Notes: a model not told the origin generated them from the letters alone. A stretch of 64,000 bases of DNA from Candidatus Dormibacteria bacterium (GCA_050734515.1 JBOHUM010000010.1:675-64674); one strand, 5' to 3'; counted from the stretch's first letter, positions 38,729 through 49,487 are shown. Numbers and translations: made by a program.

Positions 38729-40630
38729 ATGGCAGCAATTTCACAGGGCGTGAGTCGCCAGCTCGACGTCGAGGCCGAGGACCGCAAGCTCGACCGGCGG
38801 ATGTCGGTCTGGAACCTCTTCTTCCTCTCCATGGGAGGGATCATCGGTTCAGGCTGGCTCTTCGCCTCCCTGGCGGCGGCCGCGGTGGCCGGGCCCGCGG
38901 CGATCGTCTCCTGGATCATCGGCGGCTGCCTGGTGCTGCTGGTGGCCCTCAACTACGCCGAGATCTCGGGCATGATGCCCCGAAGCGGGGCCATCGTCCG
39001 CTATCCCCATCTCACCCACGGGGGCTACACCGGCTTCATCCTGGGCTGGACCTACCTGCTCTCGGCGGTTAGCGTGCCCGCCATCGAGGCGGAGGCGGTG
39101 GTGACCTACGCCAGCACCTACATCCACGGGATCATCAACCCCGCCAACTCCGAGCTCACCTGGCCTGCCGGGATCCTCTTCGGCATCGGCCTGATGATCG
39201 TCTTCTTCATCTTCAACTTCATCGGGATCCGGTTCATGAGCCGGTCCAACCACTACATCACCCTGTGGAAGTTCCTCATCCCCACCCTGACCTTCATCCT
39301 GCTCTTCGCCTTCGGGATGCACACCAAGAACTACGCCAGCTACGGCGGCTTTGCGCCCCTGGGCTGGCAGCCGGTGCTGGGCGCCGTGGCCACCACCGGG
39401 ATCGTGTTCTCCTATCTCGGTTTCCGCCAGGCGCTGGACTTCGGCGGCGAGGCTCGCAACCCCCAGCGGGACGTGCCCCGCGCCACCATCGCCTCGGTGC
39501 TGGCGGGGATGGTGCTCTACGTCCTGCTCCAGGCCGCCTTCATCGGCGCCATCAAGTGGGGGGTGTTCGGGGTCCACGCCGGCGACTGGGCGGCGCTCAA
39601 GGCCGCCGGCAGTGCCGCCAAGGACGCGCCCTTCTACGTGGCCCTCAAGGCGGCCGGCCCGGCGCTCCTGGGCGGCTTCGCCACCGTGCTCCTGATCGAC
39701 GCCTTCGTCTCGCCGGGCGGCACCGGGGTCGTCTACCTGGGCACTTCGAGCCGGACCACTTACGGCCTCTCGATGGTTGGGTACCTCCCCTCCCCCTTCC
39801 GGGCCATCCTCGCCCGGACCCGGATCCCCTGGATCGCCCTGATCGCCTCGTTCGTGGTCGCCTGCCTCTTCTTCTTGCCTTTGCCCAGTTGGTATGAGTT
39901 GGTCGGGGTTATCACCTCGGCCACCGTCCTCACCTACATCATGGGTGGCATCGGAGTTCCGGTGCTGCGCCAGACCGCCGGTTCCCTGCACCGGCCCTTC
40001 AGACTGCCCCTGGCCTCGATCATCGCCCCGGCCGGCTTCATCGGCGCCCTGATGATCGTCTACTGGTCGGGATTCGTGACCCTGGCCCTGGTCTTCGGGG
40101 CGGTCTTCGTGGCCCTGCCCATCTTCGTCTGGTTCTACGCCCCCCAGCAGGGCTGGATCAAACCCCAAACCGGCTGGCTCCTGGGGCTGGTCTTCCTGGT
40201 GCTCTGGATCATCGTCCAGCGCTGGGGCGGCTGGGTGCTGACGGCGGCGCCCCTCACGGCCGTCCACCCCGCCTTCGGGGTCTACTACTTCACCACCATC
40301 GTGCTGGTGATGGGCTTCACCGGGATCCTCTGGTACGCCTGCAACCCGGTGGGACGCAAGGCGGTCCAGAGCACCTGGTGGCTGATCTACTTCCTGCTGG
40401 CTGTCTTCGGCCTCTCCTACTTCGGGTCCTACGGCCCGCTCAAGGTGCCCGGACTCACCTTCCCCAGCGACCTGCTGGTGGTGATCATGGTGGGGTTGCT
40501 CAGCTACGGCTGGGCGGTGCGCAGCGGCTACGCCACTCCCGAGCTGCAGACCATCATCGACACCGGGACGGCCGTGATCGGCGACGAGCCGGGCGTCCCC
40601 GTCACTCCGGCGACCGCCCCGACCACCTGA
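38729..40630 (+). CDS. APC-superfamily amino acid permease
   Basis: ATG 38729 is preceded by GAGGGAGG. The 633-aa product has the N-terminal motif FFLSMGGIIGSGWLF and 12 or more TM segments. Confidence 0.85.
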   Translation: MAAISQGVSRQLDVEAEDRKLDRRMSVWNLFFLSMGGIIGSGWLFASLAAAAVAGPAAIVSWIIGGCLVLLVALNYAEISGMMPRSGAIVRYPHLTHGGYTGFILGWTYLLSAVSVPAIEAEAVVTYASTYIHGIINPANSELTWPAGILFGIGLMIVFFIFNFIGIRFMSRSNHYITLWKFLIPTLTFILLFAFGMHTKNYASYGGFAPLGWQPVLGAVATTGIVFSYLGFRQALDFGGEARNPQRDVPRATIASVLAGMVLYVLLQAAFIGAIKWGVFGVHAGDWAALKAAGSAAKDAPFYVALKAAGPALLGGFATVLLIDAFVSPGGTGVVYLGTSSRTTYGLSMVGYLPSPFRAILARTRIPWIALIASFVVACLFFLPLPSWYELVGVITSATVLTYIMGGIGVPVLRQTAGSLHRPFRLPLASIIAPAGFIGALMIVYWSGFVTLALVFGAVFVALPIFVWFYAPQQGWIKPQTGWLLGLVFLVLWIIVQRWGGWVLTAAPLTAVHPAFGVYYFTTIVLVMGFTGILWYACNPVGRKAVQSTWWLIYFLLAVFGLSYFGSYGPLKVPGLTFPSDLLVVIMVGLLSYGWAVRSGYATPELQTIIDTGTAVIGDEPGVPVTPATAPTT

Positions 40631-40645
40631 ACCCTGACCGTGCAA

Positions 40646-40679
40646 GGGCCCACCCGGGCGGCGGGTGGGCCCTTTTTTT
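40646..40679 (+). terminator. Rho-independent terminator
   Basis: A perfect 11-bp stem (GGGCCCACCCG / CGGGTGGGCCC) with a 5-nt loop is followed by seven T, 16 nt after the permease stop. Confidence 0.8.
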
Positions 40680-40742
40680 GACGCCCCGAGCCCGCCGACC
40701 CCACACGGTGGGGCTTCGAGCCCGGGCTAGAGTAGGGCTTGC

Positions 40743-42248
40743 ATGCGCTCCGCGGATCCCCCCCCGCCGACACCGCCGGAGCGGAGCGCCAGGGGCTGGC
40801 GCCGGCTGGCGGTGGAGCCGGCCCGGCCGGCGGCGATCAGGGACAGCCCCAACGCCGCCTGGCTGGTGGTGGGATCGGTGTGCATCGGCGCCTTCATGGG
40901 CCAGCTCGACGCCAGCATCGTGGTCATCGCCCTGCCCACCATGCAGGTCCAGCTGCACAGCAGCCTGGGCGGGGTGGAGTGGATCCCGCTCGCCTACCTG
41001 CTGGCGCTGGTGGGCTGCGTGACCGCGGTGGGGCGCTTCTCCGACATGGTCGGCCACAAGCTGATTTACATCTACGGATTCGGCATCTTCATCCTCGGCA
41101 GCCTGCTCTGCGGCCTGGCCCCCAATCTGCCCGCCCTGATTGGATTCCGCCTGCTCCAGGGGCTGGGGGCCGCCCTGCTCCAGGCCAACAGCGTGGCCCT
41201 GATCGTGCAGTCGGTCCCGGCCGCCAAGCTGGGCAAAGCGATCGGGGTCCAGGGCGCCGCCCAGGCGTTGGGCCTCTCGCTGGGACCGGCGATCGGCGGC
41301 TGGCTCCTGGTTCTGGGCGGCTGGCGCCTGATCTTCCTGGTCAACATCCCCGCCGGGGCCCTGGGGATGGTGCTGGGCTGGTTCCTGCTGCCGCGCAGCC
41401 ACCACCTGTCTCGGCGCGAGCCCCTCGACTGGCTGGGGATGGGGCTTTTCGTGATCGCCGCCGGCTCGCTGCTGCTGGGGCTCTCGTCGGGCAACCAGTG
41501 GGGCTGGGTGTCGCTGCCCAGCCTGGGTTGCTTCGTGGTCGCGGCCGGCTTCGGGACCGCCTTCGTGCTGGCGGAGCTCCACGTCTCGGCGCCGATGATG
41601 CGGATGGCCACCTTCCGCCGCATCCCCTTCAGCGCCGGGATCGGCAGCGGCCTGCTCTCCTACCTGACCCTCTTCGGGACTCTCTTCGTCTTCCCCTACT
41701 ACCTGCGCTTCGCCGGACACATGGACCCCGCCCAGGCGGGGCTGCGCCTGCTGGCCCTGCCACTTGCCCTCGGGGTCACGGCCCCGCTGGCGGGCCAGGT
41801 GGCCGACCGGATCGGCGCCCGACCCCTGACCGTGGGTGGCATGCTCCTGGTCAGCGCCGACCTGGTGGCTATCGCCGTCCATCCCAGCCTGGGCCTGTTG
41901 CTGCTGCTGGAACTGGTCCTTTTGGGGATCGGCCTGGGCGCCTTCACCCCAGCCAACAACGCCGCCATCATGGGCGCGGTGCCGCGGCAGCAGTCGGGCA
42001 TGGCCAGCGGCATCCTCAACATGACCCGGGGCCTGGGCACCGCGACCGGCGTGGCCACCGCGGGCCTGATCTTCGGGCTGGCCACCGGGACCTCGGTCGC
42101 CCACACCCGCTCGCCCCACCTGGTGGCCGCCGGCCTGGTGGCTGCGGCCATCCTGCTCGCGGTCACGGCGGCGCTGGCCGCCCTGGTCGCGGCGCTCCGC
42201 GGCCGCGCCCCGCTCAACAGCGATCCCGCGATGGCGCCGGTCGCCTGA
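40743..42248 (+). CDS. MFS transporter (DHA2/EmrB-like, about 14 TM)
   Basis: 501-aa ORF with the motifs FMGQLDASIVVIALP, GRFSDMVGHKLIY and LLQGLGAALL. Confidence 0.85.
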   Translation: MRSADPPPPTPPERSARGWRRLAVEPARPAAIRDSPNAAWLVVGSVCIGAFMGQLDASIVVIALPTMQVQLHSSLGGVEWIPLAYLLALVGCVTAVGRFSDMVGHKLIYIYGFGIFILGSLLCGLAPNLPALIGFRLLQGLGAALLQANSVALIVQSVPAAKLGKAIGVQGAAQALGLSLGPAIGGWLLVLGGWRLIFLVNIPAGALGMVLGWFLLPRSHHLSRREPLDWLGMGLFVIAAGSLLLGLSSGNQWGWVSLPSLGCFVVAAGFGTAFVLAELHVSAPMMRMATFRRIPFSAGIGSGLLSYLTLFGTLFVFPYYLRFAGHMDPAQAGLRLLALPLALGVTAPLAGQVADRIGARPLTVGGMLLVSADLVAIAVHPSLGLLLLLELVLLGIGLGAFTPANNAAIMGAVPRQQSGMASGILNMTRGLGTATGVATAGLIFGLATGTSVAHTRSPHLVAAGLVAAAILLAVTAALAALVAALRGRAPLNSDPAMAPVA

Positions 42249-42465
42249 CCCTCCGCTCCCTGGCAGAGGCCCGACCTCCTCGGGATCGTCGTCCCACGAG
42301 GGTCTGGCCGGCACCGGCCGCCGCCGCGCCCGGCACCACCCCCGGGGGTCGGCACGATGGCCGGCCCTCAGGGCGCGGGGTCTGCACTCTTGACAGCGGC
42401 GCAGATAGGCGAGCAACGTTGCTCGGGCTTGGTCCGGGTTTCCCCGCTACCCTGAGGAGAGTCCC

Positions 42466-43749
42466 TTGTCCACTGCAGCCCTGGCGCCCGCCCTGAGCGC
42501 CACCCCCGCCAATCCCTACACCACCGCCCAACGCCAGTTCGACCAGGCGGCCACCCTGTTGGAGCTCGACCCCGGCCTGCGGGCGGTGCTGCGGGAGGTG
42601 CGGCGGGAGTTCACCGTCAACTTCCCGGTGCGGATGGACGACGGCAGCATCCGCATCTTCACCGGCTACCGGGTGCAGCACAACCTGACCCGGGGCCCGG
42701 CCAAGGGCGGGATCCGCTACCACCCCGATGTCAGCATCGACGAGGTCAAGGCCCTGGCCATGTGGATGACCTGGAAGTGCGCCGTCACCAACCTGCCCTA
42801 CGGCGGCGCCAAGGGCGGCGTGATCTGTGAGCCCGCCCAGCTCAGTCAGCGCGAGCTGGAGAACCTGACCCGGCGCTTCGCCAGCGAGATCTCGATCCTG
42901 ATCGGTCCCGAGTCGGACATCCCCGCCCCCGACGTCAACACCAACCAGCAGACCATGGCCTGGATCATGGACACGATCTCGATGGAGAAGGGCTACTCGA
43001 TACCCGCCACCGTGACCGGCAAGCCCCTCTCCATCGGCGGCTCGGAGGGCCGGCCCGCCGCCACCGGCCGGGGAGTGATGGTGGTCACCCTGGAGGCCTG
43101 CCGCCGGATGGGGATCGACCCCCACCAGGCGAGCCTCGCCATCCAGGGCTTCGGCAACGTCGGCAGCGTCACCGCCGAGCTGCTGCACGCCCAGGGGATG
43201 AAGGTGGTAGCGGTCTCCGACGTCCACGGCGGCATCCAAAACCCCGAGGGGCTCGACGTTCCGGCGCTGCTGGAGCACGCCCTCCGCACGGGAGGGGTGG
43301 GTGGCTTCCCGGGGGCCAAGGGCGAGATCGACAATCACGCCCTCCTGGAGCTCCCGGTGACGGTGCTGGTCCCCGCCGCCCTCGAGAACCAGCTCACCAG
43401 CGCCAACGCCGCCAAGGTCAGGGCCCAGCTGGTGGTGGAGGCGGCCAACGGCCCCACCACCCCGGAGGCGGACGACATCTTCCACCAGCGAGGGGTGGTG
43501 CTGGTGCCCGACATCCTGGCCAACGCCGGAGGGGTAACCGTCTCCTACTTCGAGTGGGTCCAGGACCTGCAGTCCTTCTTCTGGGAGGAGGGCGAGATCA
43601 ATGGCCGCCTGACCCGGATCATGGAGCAGGCCTATGTGCAGGTGGAGCAGCTGGCCCAGGAGCACCAGACCACGCTGCGGATGGGGGCCTACTGCCTGGC
43701 GGTGAAGCGGGTCGCCGACGCCACCGCTGTCCGCGGCATCTACCCCTGA
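42466..43749 (+). CDS. gdhA: Glutamate dehydrogenase
   Basis: TTG start preceded by GAGGAG. The 427-aa product has the motifs GPAKGGIRYHP, KCAVTNLPYGGAKGG and QGFGNVG. Confidence 0.95.
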   Translation: MSTAALAPALSATPANPYTTAQRQFDQAATLLELDPGLRAVLREVRREFTVNFPVRMDDGSIRIFTGYRVQHNLTRGPAKGGIRYHPDVSIDEVKALAMWMTWKCAVTNLPYGGAKGGVICEPAQLSQRELENLTRRFASEISILIGPESDIPAPDVNTNQQTMAWIMDTISMEKGYSIPATVTGKPLSIGGSEGRPAATGRGVMVVTLEACRRMGIDPHQASLAIQGFGNVGSVTAELLHAQGMKVVAVSDVHGGIQNPEGLDVPALLEHALRTGGVGGFPGAKGEIDNHALLELPVTVLVPAALENQLTSANAAKVRAQLVVEAANGPTTPEADDIFHQRGVVLVPDILANAGGVTVSYFEWVQDLQSFFWEEGEINGRLTRIMEQAYVQVEQLAQEHQTTLRMGAYCLAVKRVADATAVRGIYP

Positions 43750-43794
43750 GCCGGGACCCGAGCAGCAGCGCAGGGTAGGGAGGGAGGCGAAGCC

Positions 43795-45432
43795 GTGGAG
43801 GGGCTGATGATGGACTACCCCCTCACCCTCACCCACGTCTTCGAGCACGGCACCCGCTACTTCCCCAACCAGGAGGTCGTCACCCAGCTGGCTGAGGGCG
43901 AGCCGCACCGCTACCGGTTCGCCGACTTCGCCCAGCGCACCCGCCGCCTGGCCGGGGCGCTGCGCAGGCTCGGGGTCGAGCCCGGGGATCGGGTGGCGAC
44001 CTTTGCCTGGAACACCTACCACCACCTGGAGTGCTACTTCGCCATCCCCTGCACGGGTGCGGTACTGCACACCCTCAACGTCCGGCTCTTCCCCGACGAC
44101 CTGGCCTTCGTCGTCAACGACGCCGAGGACCAGCTCATCTTCTGCGACAGGAGCGTCGCGCCCCTCCTGCGCAGGGTGGCCGACCGCATCCCCTCGGTGC
44201 GGCTGGTGGTGCTGTTCGGCGAGGGCGAGGCCGATCCTGAGGGGCTGCCGCCGACCATCGACTACGAGGAGTTGCTGGCCGCCGAGGCAGAGGACTTCGA
44301 CTGGCCGCGGCTGGCCGAGGACCAGGCGGCGGCGATGTGCTACACGTCCGGCACCACCGACCGCCCCAAGGGGGTGGTCTACAGCCACCGCTCAACCTAC
44401 CTCCACAGCCTGGCCGCCGGCTTCGCCGGCTGGATGGGACTGAGCTACGAGGACACCCTGCTTCCCGTGGTTCCCATGTTCCACGTCAACGCCTGGGGAC
44501 TGGCCCACGCCGCGATCGGTCTGGGGGCCAGGCTGGCCATGCCCGGGCGTCACCTCGACGCCCCCCACCTCCTGGCCTTCATGAAGTCAGAAAACGTCAC
44601 CGTGGCCGCGGGGGTGCCCACGATCTGGAGCGCGCTCCTGGCCCTGCTCGACCAGCAGCCCACCGAGCTGCCCCGCCTGCGCTCTGTGATAGTGGGAGGC
44701 TCGGCGGCGCCGGCGGCGCTGATCGCTGGCTTCGATCGCCACCGGCTGCACATGGTCCACGCCTGGGGCATGACCGAGACCTCCCCGGTCGGGACCTTCA
44801 ACGTGGTCAAGCCCCATCTCCGCGATGGCGCCCCCGAAGAGCTTCTCCGGCTGCGCTCGACCCAGGGCCTGCCCGGTCTGGGGGTCGAGCTGCGGCTGGC
44901 TGACCTGGAAACCGGCGAGGAATGCCCCTGGGACGGCCGCACCCCGGGCGAGATCCAGGTGCGCGGACCCTGGATCGCCCGCGCCTACTACCACGACCCC
45001 GACGACGCCGACCACCGCTTCAGCCCCGACGGCTGGCTGCGCACCGGGGACGTGGCCACCTGTGACCCCGAGGGCTACGTGCAGATCGTCGACCGCACCA
45101 AGGACCTGGTCAAGTCTGGTGGGGAGTGGATCTCCTCGGTGACCCTGGAGGGTGAGCTGATGGCCCACCCCAAGGTCCGGGAGGCGGCCGTGGTCGGCTT
45201 CCCCCATTCCCGCTGGCAGGAGCGGCCGGTGGCCTTCGTCGTGCCCCGACCCGAGCACCAAGGCTCCCTCACCGCCGAGGAGCTCCTGGAGTTCCTTCGT
45301 CCCCGGGTCGCAGCCTTCTGGCTCCCAGACCGGGTGGTCTTCCTGGACGAGGTTCCCAAGACCAGCGTTGGCAAGTTCGACAAGAAGGCCCTCCGCCAGC
45401 AGTTCGCCGACCTGCGCCTCGAGGAGCCCTGA
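43795..45432 (+). CDS. Long-chain/medium-chain acyl-CoA ligase (AMP-forming)
   Basis: 545-aa ORF with the AMP-binding motifs [22 protein letters not shown] and [10 protein letters not shown]. Confidence 0.9.
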   Translation: MEGLMMDYPLTLTHVFEHGTRYFPNQEVVTQLAEGEPHRYRFADFAQRTRRLAGALRRLGVEPGDRVATFAWNTYHHLECYFAIPCTGAVLHTLNVRLFPDDLAFVVNDAEDQLIFCDRSVAPLLRRVADRIPSVRLVVLFGEGEADPEGLPPTIDYEELLAAEAEDFDWPRLAEDQAAAMCYTSGTTDRPKGVVYSHRSTYLHSLAAGFAGWMGLSYEDTLLPVVPMFHVNAWGLAHAAIGLGARLAMPGRHLDAPHLLAFMKSENVTVAAGVPTIWSALLALLDQQPTELPRLRSVIVGGSAAPAALIAGFDRHRLHMVHAWGMTETSPVGTFNVVKPHLRDGAPEELLRLRSTQGLPGLGVELRLADLETGEECPWDGRTPGEIQVRGPWIARAYYHDPDDADHRFSPDGWLRTGDVATCDPEGYVQIVDRTKDLVKSGGEWISSVTLEGELMAHPKVREAAVVGFPHSRWQERPVAFVVPRPEHQGSLTAEELLEFLRPRVAAFWLPDRVVFLDEVPKTSVGKFDKKALRQQFADLRLEEP

Positions 45433-45511
45433 GGGCAACCCGGCGGACCGCCTCCGACACCGGTGCTTGCCCACGCGCCCGCGGGCCAAGGAGCGGGCTG
45501 GGCTCAGGCGC

Positions 45512-47077
45512 TCAACCGGGGCAGCCGGCGCGCGCCCCATTCCAGCCGCCAGCGTGGCCGGGGCTGGCATAGAGCACGCTCTGGCGATCGGCGAAGACGC
45601 AGGTCCAGCCAGGCTCGCGCCCCAGCAGGTTGGCCAGGGGGGTGGCCCGCCCCTGCCAGACCAGGTTCACCCGGTAGCGGTCCAGGATCGCCATGGTTCC
45701 CCGCCCCGCCGCCACCGTGGTCAGGTAGTCAGCCAGCACCGTGGGCCCCATCAGATCCACCTCGCCGAAGACGAAGACTCGATCCGGAGCGCAGCCTCGC
45801 CCGGCCGCCTGGCGGTGGTCGAGCCGGTAGAGCAGCCAGCCGGCACTGCCGTAGGGGGCGAACACCCGCGCCGGGGGCCCGTTGCAGATCACCCGGCCAA
45901 CCTGGGCCGGATAGTAGGACCCCTGGAGCTGGTCGTAGGGACTGGAGAGCTGGGCAGAGACCCGCACCACCCCGGCCACCAGGGCCAGCGCCGTAATTGC
46001 ACCCACGAACCAGATCGGCGCCGAGCGGCGGCGGCGCCGGCTGGCACGCCGGCGAGCGCGGGCCACCTCATCCACCAGCCCCTGAAGCCCGTCCGCCCAC
46101 AGGGGCAGAGCCAGCACGGCGAAGATGGGAATGTCGCGCACCGCGTACAGCAGCAGCAGCGTCCCCGCCCCAGCCAGGAGCAGATCCGCCAGGTGAACCT
46201 GGCGCGCCCAGCGCCCGACCACGACCAGGCTGAGCAGCAGGAGCAGGACCGGGAGGGACGCCAGGGAGTGGAAATTGGGGGGCTGCCACTCGTTGAGGCT
46301 GCCCTGGGCCACCGGGCTGAGCAGCAGCCGCAGGGGGTAGAGGTAGATGCCGAAGCCGTTGGGGTTGACCATCGGCGCCAGGGCGGACAGGCCCAGCACC
46401 AGGCCCAGATCGCGCAACTGCCCGGGAGCTAGGGATCCAGGTCGGCCCATCCAGGCGCTCAGACACTCGCCGGCCAGGAAGACGGCGATCACCCCGAGCC
46501 CAACCAGAAAGCCGCCGTGGAGATTGCCCCAGACCACAAAGAGCGGGATCAGGACCAGCAGCAGGCGGCGCCGAGGCTGGGCCCGGTAGCGGTCGAGCAG
46601 CACCAGCAGGATCCCCAGCAGGCCGAAGGTGAACATCTGCGGGCTCGGGCCCCAGATCTGCAGCCCGGAAACCACCACCAGCCCCGCCCCCAGCGCCAGC
46701 ACCCAGCGGGAGAGCCCGGGGCGTTGGGCACGCAGCACCCCGAGGACGAACCCGACCCAGGTGACGGCGGCCATGAGCAAGATCACCGGGGCCATGCCCC
46801 AGGCGCGGTACAGCAGGGCGTAGAGGGCCTCCGAGCCCCACTCCTGGGTGATGAAGGGGTGGCTGGCGGCGGTGAAGGTGTAGGCGTTGTGCTGGGGAAC
46901 CCCGGAGGCGAGGATGTCCAGGCCCACCCGCAGATGCCACCAGAAGTCGGGGTCGAACTGGGGCTGGGTGAAGGCGGCGAACCCCAGGATGGCGATCGCC
47001 AGGAGCAAGACCGACGGGCCGTCCAGGACCGGGGCCGCGGCCTTGCCCCGGGCCGGGGCCTGGCTTAGCACCGACAT
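45512..47077 (-). CDS. Polytopic membrane protein, GT-C-like (putative glycosyltransferase)
   Basis: 521-aa ORF with more than 10 TM helices. The first loop carries an acidic/aromatic motif (QFDPDFWWHLRVG) and a soluble C-terminal domain follows. This is a family guess only. Confidence 0.55.
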   Translation of the reverse strand: MSVLSQAPARGKAAAPVLDGPSVLLLAIAILGFAAFTQPQFDPDFWWHLRVGLDILASGVPQHNAYTFTAASHPFITQEWGSEALYALLYRAWGMAPVILLMAAVTWVGFVLGVLRAQRPGLSRWVLALGAGLVVVSGLQIWGPSPQMFTFGLLGILLVLLDRYRAQPRRRLLLVLIPLFVVWGNLHGGFLVGLGVIAVFLAGECLSAWMGRPGSLAPGQLRDLGLVLGLSALAPMVNPNGFGIYLYPLRLLLSPVAQGSLNEWQPPNFHSLASLPVLLLLLSLVVVGRWARQVHLADLLLAGAGTLLLLYAVRDIPIFAVLALPLWADGLQGLVDEVARARRRASRRRRRSAPIWFVGAITALALVAGVVRVSAQLSSPYDQLQGSYYPAQVGRVICNGPPARVFAPYGSAGWLLYRLDHRQAAGRGCAPDRVFVFGEVDLMGPTVLADYLTTVAAGRGTMAILDRYRVNLVWQGRATPLANLLGREPGWTCVFADRQSVLYASPGHAGGWNGARAGCPG

Positions 47078-47191
47078 GATCGCTGGCGATTCTAGATCGC
47101 CTCTGGCGAGATCAGGCGAAGGCGCTGCTACGATCGGGCGGGGCTTCGGTAACGGGAGGCAACGGCTCGGCGGGCAGGAGCCGGGACGAGC

Positions 47192-48769
47192 TCAGACCGG
47201 GAACACCCCGTGGTGCCGCGCCGGGCCTCCCCGCGTTCGCGTGGCCGCCGCCGCCAACCTCCAGATCAGCTGATCCCGGAGCTCCCCAGCCTCGACCACG
47301 GCGTCGGGGATCAGGTCGGACGCCAGCTGGAAGATGTCGACGTCGGCCGAGTATTCGGCCCGCTTCTGCGCTACGAACTCCGCTCGCTCGCCCTCGGGCA
47401 GAGCCGCGATGCGGTTGGCGAAGACGGCGTTGACCGCCGCCTCCGGGCCCATCACCGCGATCTCGGCGCTGGGTAGGGCCAGGGTGGCCTCGGGCTCGAA
47501 GGCGGGGCCGCTCATGGCGTAGAGCCCGGCGCCGTAGGCCTTGCGCAGCACGACGCAGATTCGCGGCACCGTGGCCGAGCTGAGCGCAGCGATCATCTTG
47601 GCCCCGTGGCGAATGATGCCCTCCCGCTCCACTGCCGATCCGATCATGAAACCGGGCACATCGGCCAGGAAGACGATCGGCAGGTTGAAGGCGTCGCAGA
47701 GGCCGATGAAGCGCGCCGCCTTGTCGGATGAGTCGACAAAGAGGACGCCGCCCTGGTGCTCGGGTTGCGAGGCCACCAGCCCCACCGCCCGCCCCCCCAG
47801 CCGGGCCAGGCCGCAGACCAGCTCCCGAGCATAGAGCGCCTTGATCTCGAAGAAGGATCCGCCGTCCACCAGGCAGTCCAGGACCAGGTGGATGTCGTAG
47901 CCGCGGGCGGCCTCGGCGGGGAGCACGTCGGCGATCGAAGCCGAGCTGCTGGGAGGGCGGCTGGCGGCGGCGGGCGGGTCCTGGCGCCAGCTGGCGGGCA
48001 GGTATGAGAGGTAGCGGCGCAGGTCGACCAGGGCGGTGGCCTCGTCGGGGCAGAGCCGATCGCCACAGCCGCTGACGGTGCAGTGCATCCGGGCACCGCC
48101 CATCTCCTCCAGGCTGACCCGCTCGCCGATCACCTCCTCCGCCATCCGCGGCGAACCCAGGTACATGGAGGCATGCCCCTCGACCATGAAGGTGACGTCG
48201 CAGAAGGCGGGGATGTAGGCGCCCCCGGCGGCGCTGGGCCCGAACAGCAGGCAGGGTTGGGGCACCTGACCGCTGAGCCGGACCTGGTTGTGGAAGATCC
48301 GCCCCGCGTGGCGCCGGCCGGGGAACATCTCCCGCTGCTCGGTGATCCGGGCCCCGGCCGAGTCCACCAGATAGCAGAGGGGCAGCTGCAGCCGCTCCGC
48401 CTGCTCCTGGACCCGCAGGATCTTCTCCACCGTGCGCGGGCCCCAGGACCCCGCCTTGACCGTGGGGTCGTTGGCCATGACGCAGACCCGCCGGCCGGCG
48501 ACGGTGCCGATCCCGGTGACGACCCCGTCGGCGCCAAGCTCCTCCGGGGCGGCGGTGTTGGCCAGCAGACCGTCCTCGACGAAGGGAGAGCCCGGGTCGA
48601 AGAGCAGCCGGAGCCGCTCCCGGACCGGCAGCTTGCCCTGGCTGGGAAGGCGCTCCCGGTAGCGCTCCGGCCCACCCAGGCGGGCGGCCTGGGCCCGGCG
48701 GCCCAGCTCGCGGCGACGGCCCCGATCCGCCTCCGCCGGTGGCGCCGCTCCCCCGGCCTCGGTGCTCAT
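47192..48769 (-). CDS. Acyl-CoA carboxylase carboxyltransferase (beta) subunit (propionyl-/methylmalonyl-CoA type)
   Basis: 525-aa ORF with two crotonase-like halves. Motifs seen: GKLPVRERL, VMANDPTVKAGSWG, LVDSAGARI, FLADVPGFM. Confidence 0.9.
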   Translation of the reverse strand: MSTEAGGAAPPAEADRGRRRELGRRAQAARLGGPERYRERLPSQGKLPVRERLRLLFDPGSPFVEDGLLANTAAPEELGADGVVTGIGTVAGRRVCVMANDPTVKAGSWGPRTVEKILRVQEQAERLQLPLCYLVDSAGARITEQREMFPGRRHAGRIFHNQVRLSGQVPQPCLLFGPSAAGGAYIPAFCDVTFMVEGHASMYLGSPRMAEEVIGERVSLEEMGGARMHCTVSGCGDRLCPDEATALVDLRRYLSYLPASWRQDPPAAASRPPSSSASIADVLPAEAARGYDIHLVLDCLVDGGSFFEIKALYARELVCGLARLGGRAVGLVASQPEHQGGVLFVDSSDKAARFIGLCDAFNLPIVFLADVPGFMIGSAVEREGIIRHGAKMIAALSSATVPRICVVLRKAYGAGLYAMSGPAFEPEATLALPSAEIAVMGPEAAVNAVFANRIAALPEGERAEFVAQKRAEYSADVDIFQLASDLIPDAVVEAGELRDQLIWRLAAAATRTRGGPARHHGVFPV

Positions 48770-48836
48770 CTGGCGACCGAGTATAGGACTGGGATCTCAC
48801 CCCTCCCGGTCCCCGCCGGAGCCGTAGACTGCCGCC

Positions 48837-49484
48837 GTGGCAGTCCCTGCGGCCGCCCTCCGGCGCCCCCGGTTCGGCCCTCGGGCCTGCGGCATGGACG
48901 AGGTCGGCCGGGGGGCCCTGGCAGGCCCGCTGGTGGCGGCGGCAGTGGTGCTCCCGAGGTCATTCCGCCATCCCCTGCTCCGGGACAGCAAGCAGCTCAC
49001 CCCCCACCAGCGCGAGGAGGTCGAACCCCTGATCCGGAGGGCGGCCCGGGCGGTGGAGCTGGTCACCATCGGCGTGGAGGTCATCAACCGCTGGGGCATC
49101 GGCTGGGCCAACCGGGAGGCATTCCGGCTGCTGATGGACCGGATCGTCGCCCCGATGTACCTCTGCGACGGCAACCTGGTGATCCCGACCCCGCTCGTCT
49201 ATCGCAGCGTCGTCGGCGGCGACCACCTGGTCCCGGCGATCTCCGCCGCCTCGATCGTCGCCAAGGTGCACCGGGACCACCTGATGCGTGAGCTCCACCA
49301 CCACTTCCCCCAGTACTGGTGGCACAGCAACAAGGGCTACGGCACCCCGGCCCATCTGCGCGCGCTCCGTCAGCACGGCAGCTGCCCCCACCACCGGCTC
49401 AGCTTCATCCACCCCGAGCAACTGGAACTGCTGGAACTGGAGGCGGTGGCCATGGCCCAATCGGGGTCGGCGGCAGCTACCTGA
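48837..49484 (+). CDS. rnhB: Ribonuclease HII
   Basis: 215-aa ORF with the motifs GMDEVGRGALAGPLV, DSKQL, ASIVAKV and GYGT. Confidence 0.9.
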   Translation: MAVPAAALRRPRFGPRACGMDEVGRGALAGPLVAAAVVLPRSFRHPLLRDSKQLTPHQREEVEPLIRRAARAVELVTIGVEVINRWGIGWANREAFRLLMDRIVAPMYLCDGNLVIPTPLVYRSVVGGDHLVPAISAASIVAKVHRDHLMRELHHHFPQYWWHSNKGYGTPAHLRALRQHGSCPHHRLSFIHPEQLELLELEAVAMAQSGSAAAT

Positions 49485-49487
49485 GCG

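Noticed and set aside
38849-44388. Three very long minus-strand ORFs (38849..40645, 40602..42416, 42214..44388)
   Set aside because: Each is antisense to a strongly supported plus-strand gene (APC permease, MFS transporter, gdh and acyl-CoA ligase). They translate to Gly/Asp/His/Arg/Pro-rich strings without motifs.
47112-48800. 562-aa minus-strand ORF overlapping the carboxyltransferase gene in another frame
   Set aside because: It is an alternative frame of the same strand. The 525-aa frame (47192..48769) carries all the carboxyltransferase motifs, and this one is Arg/Gly/Pro noise.
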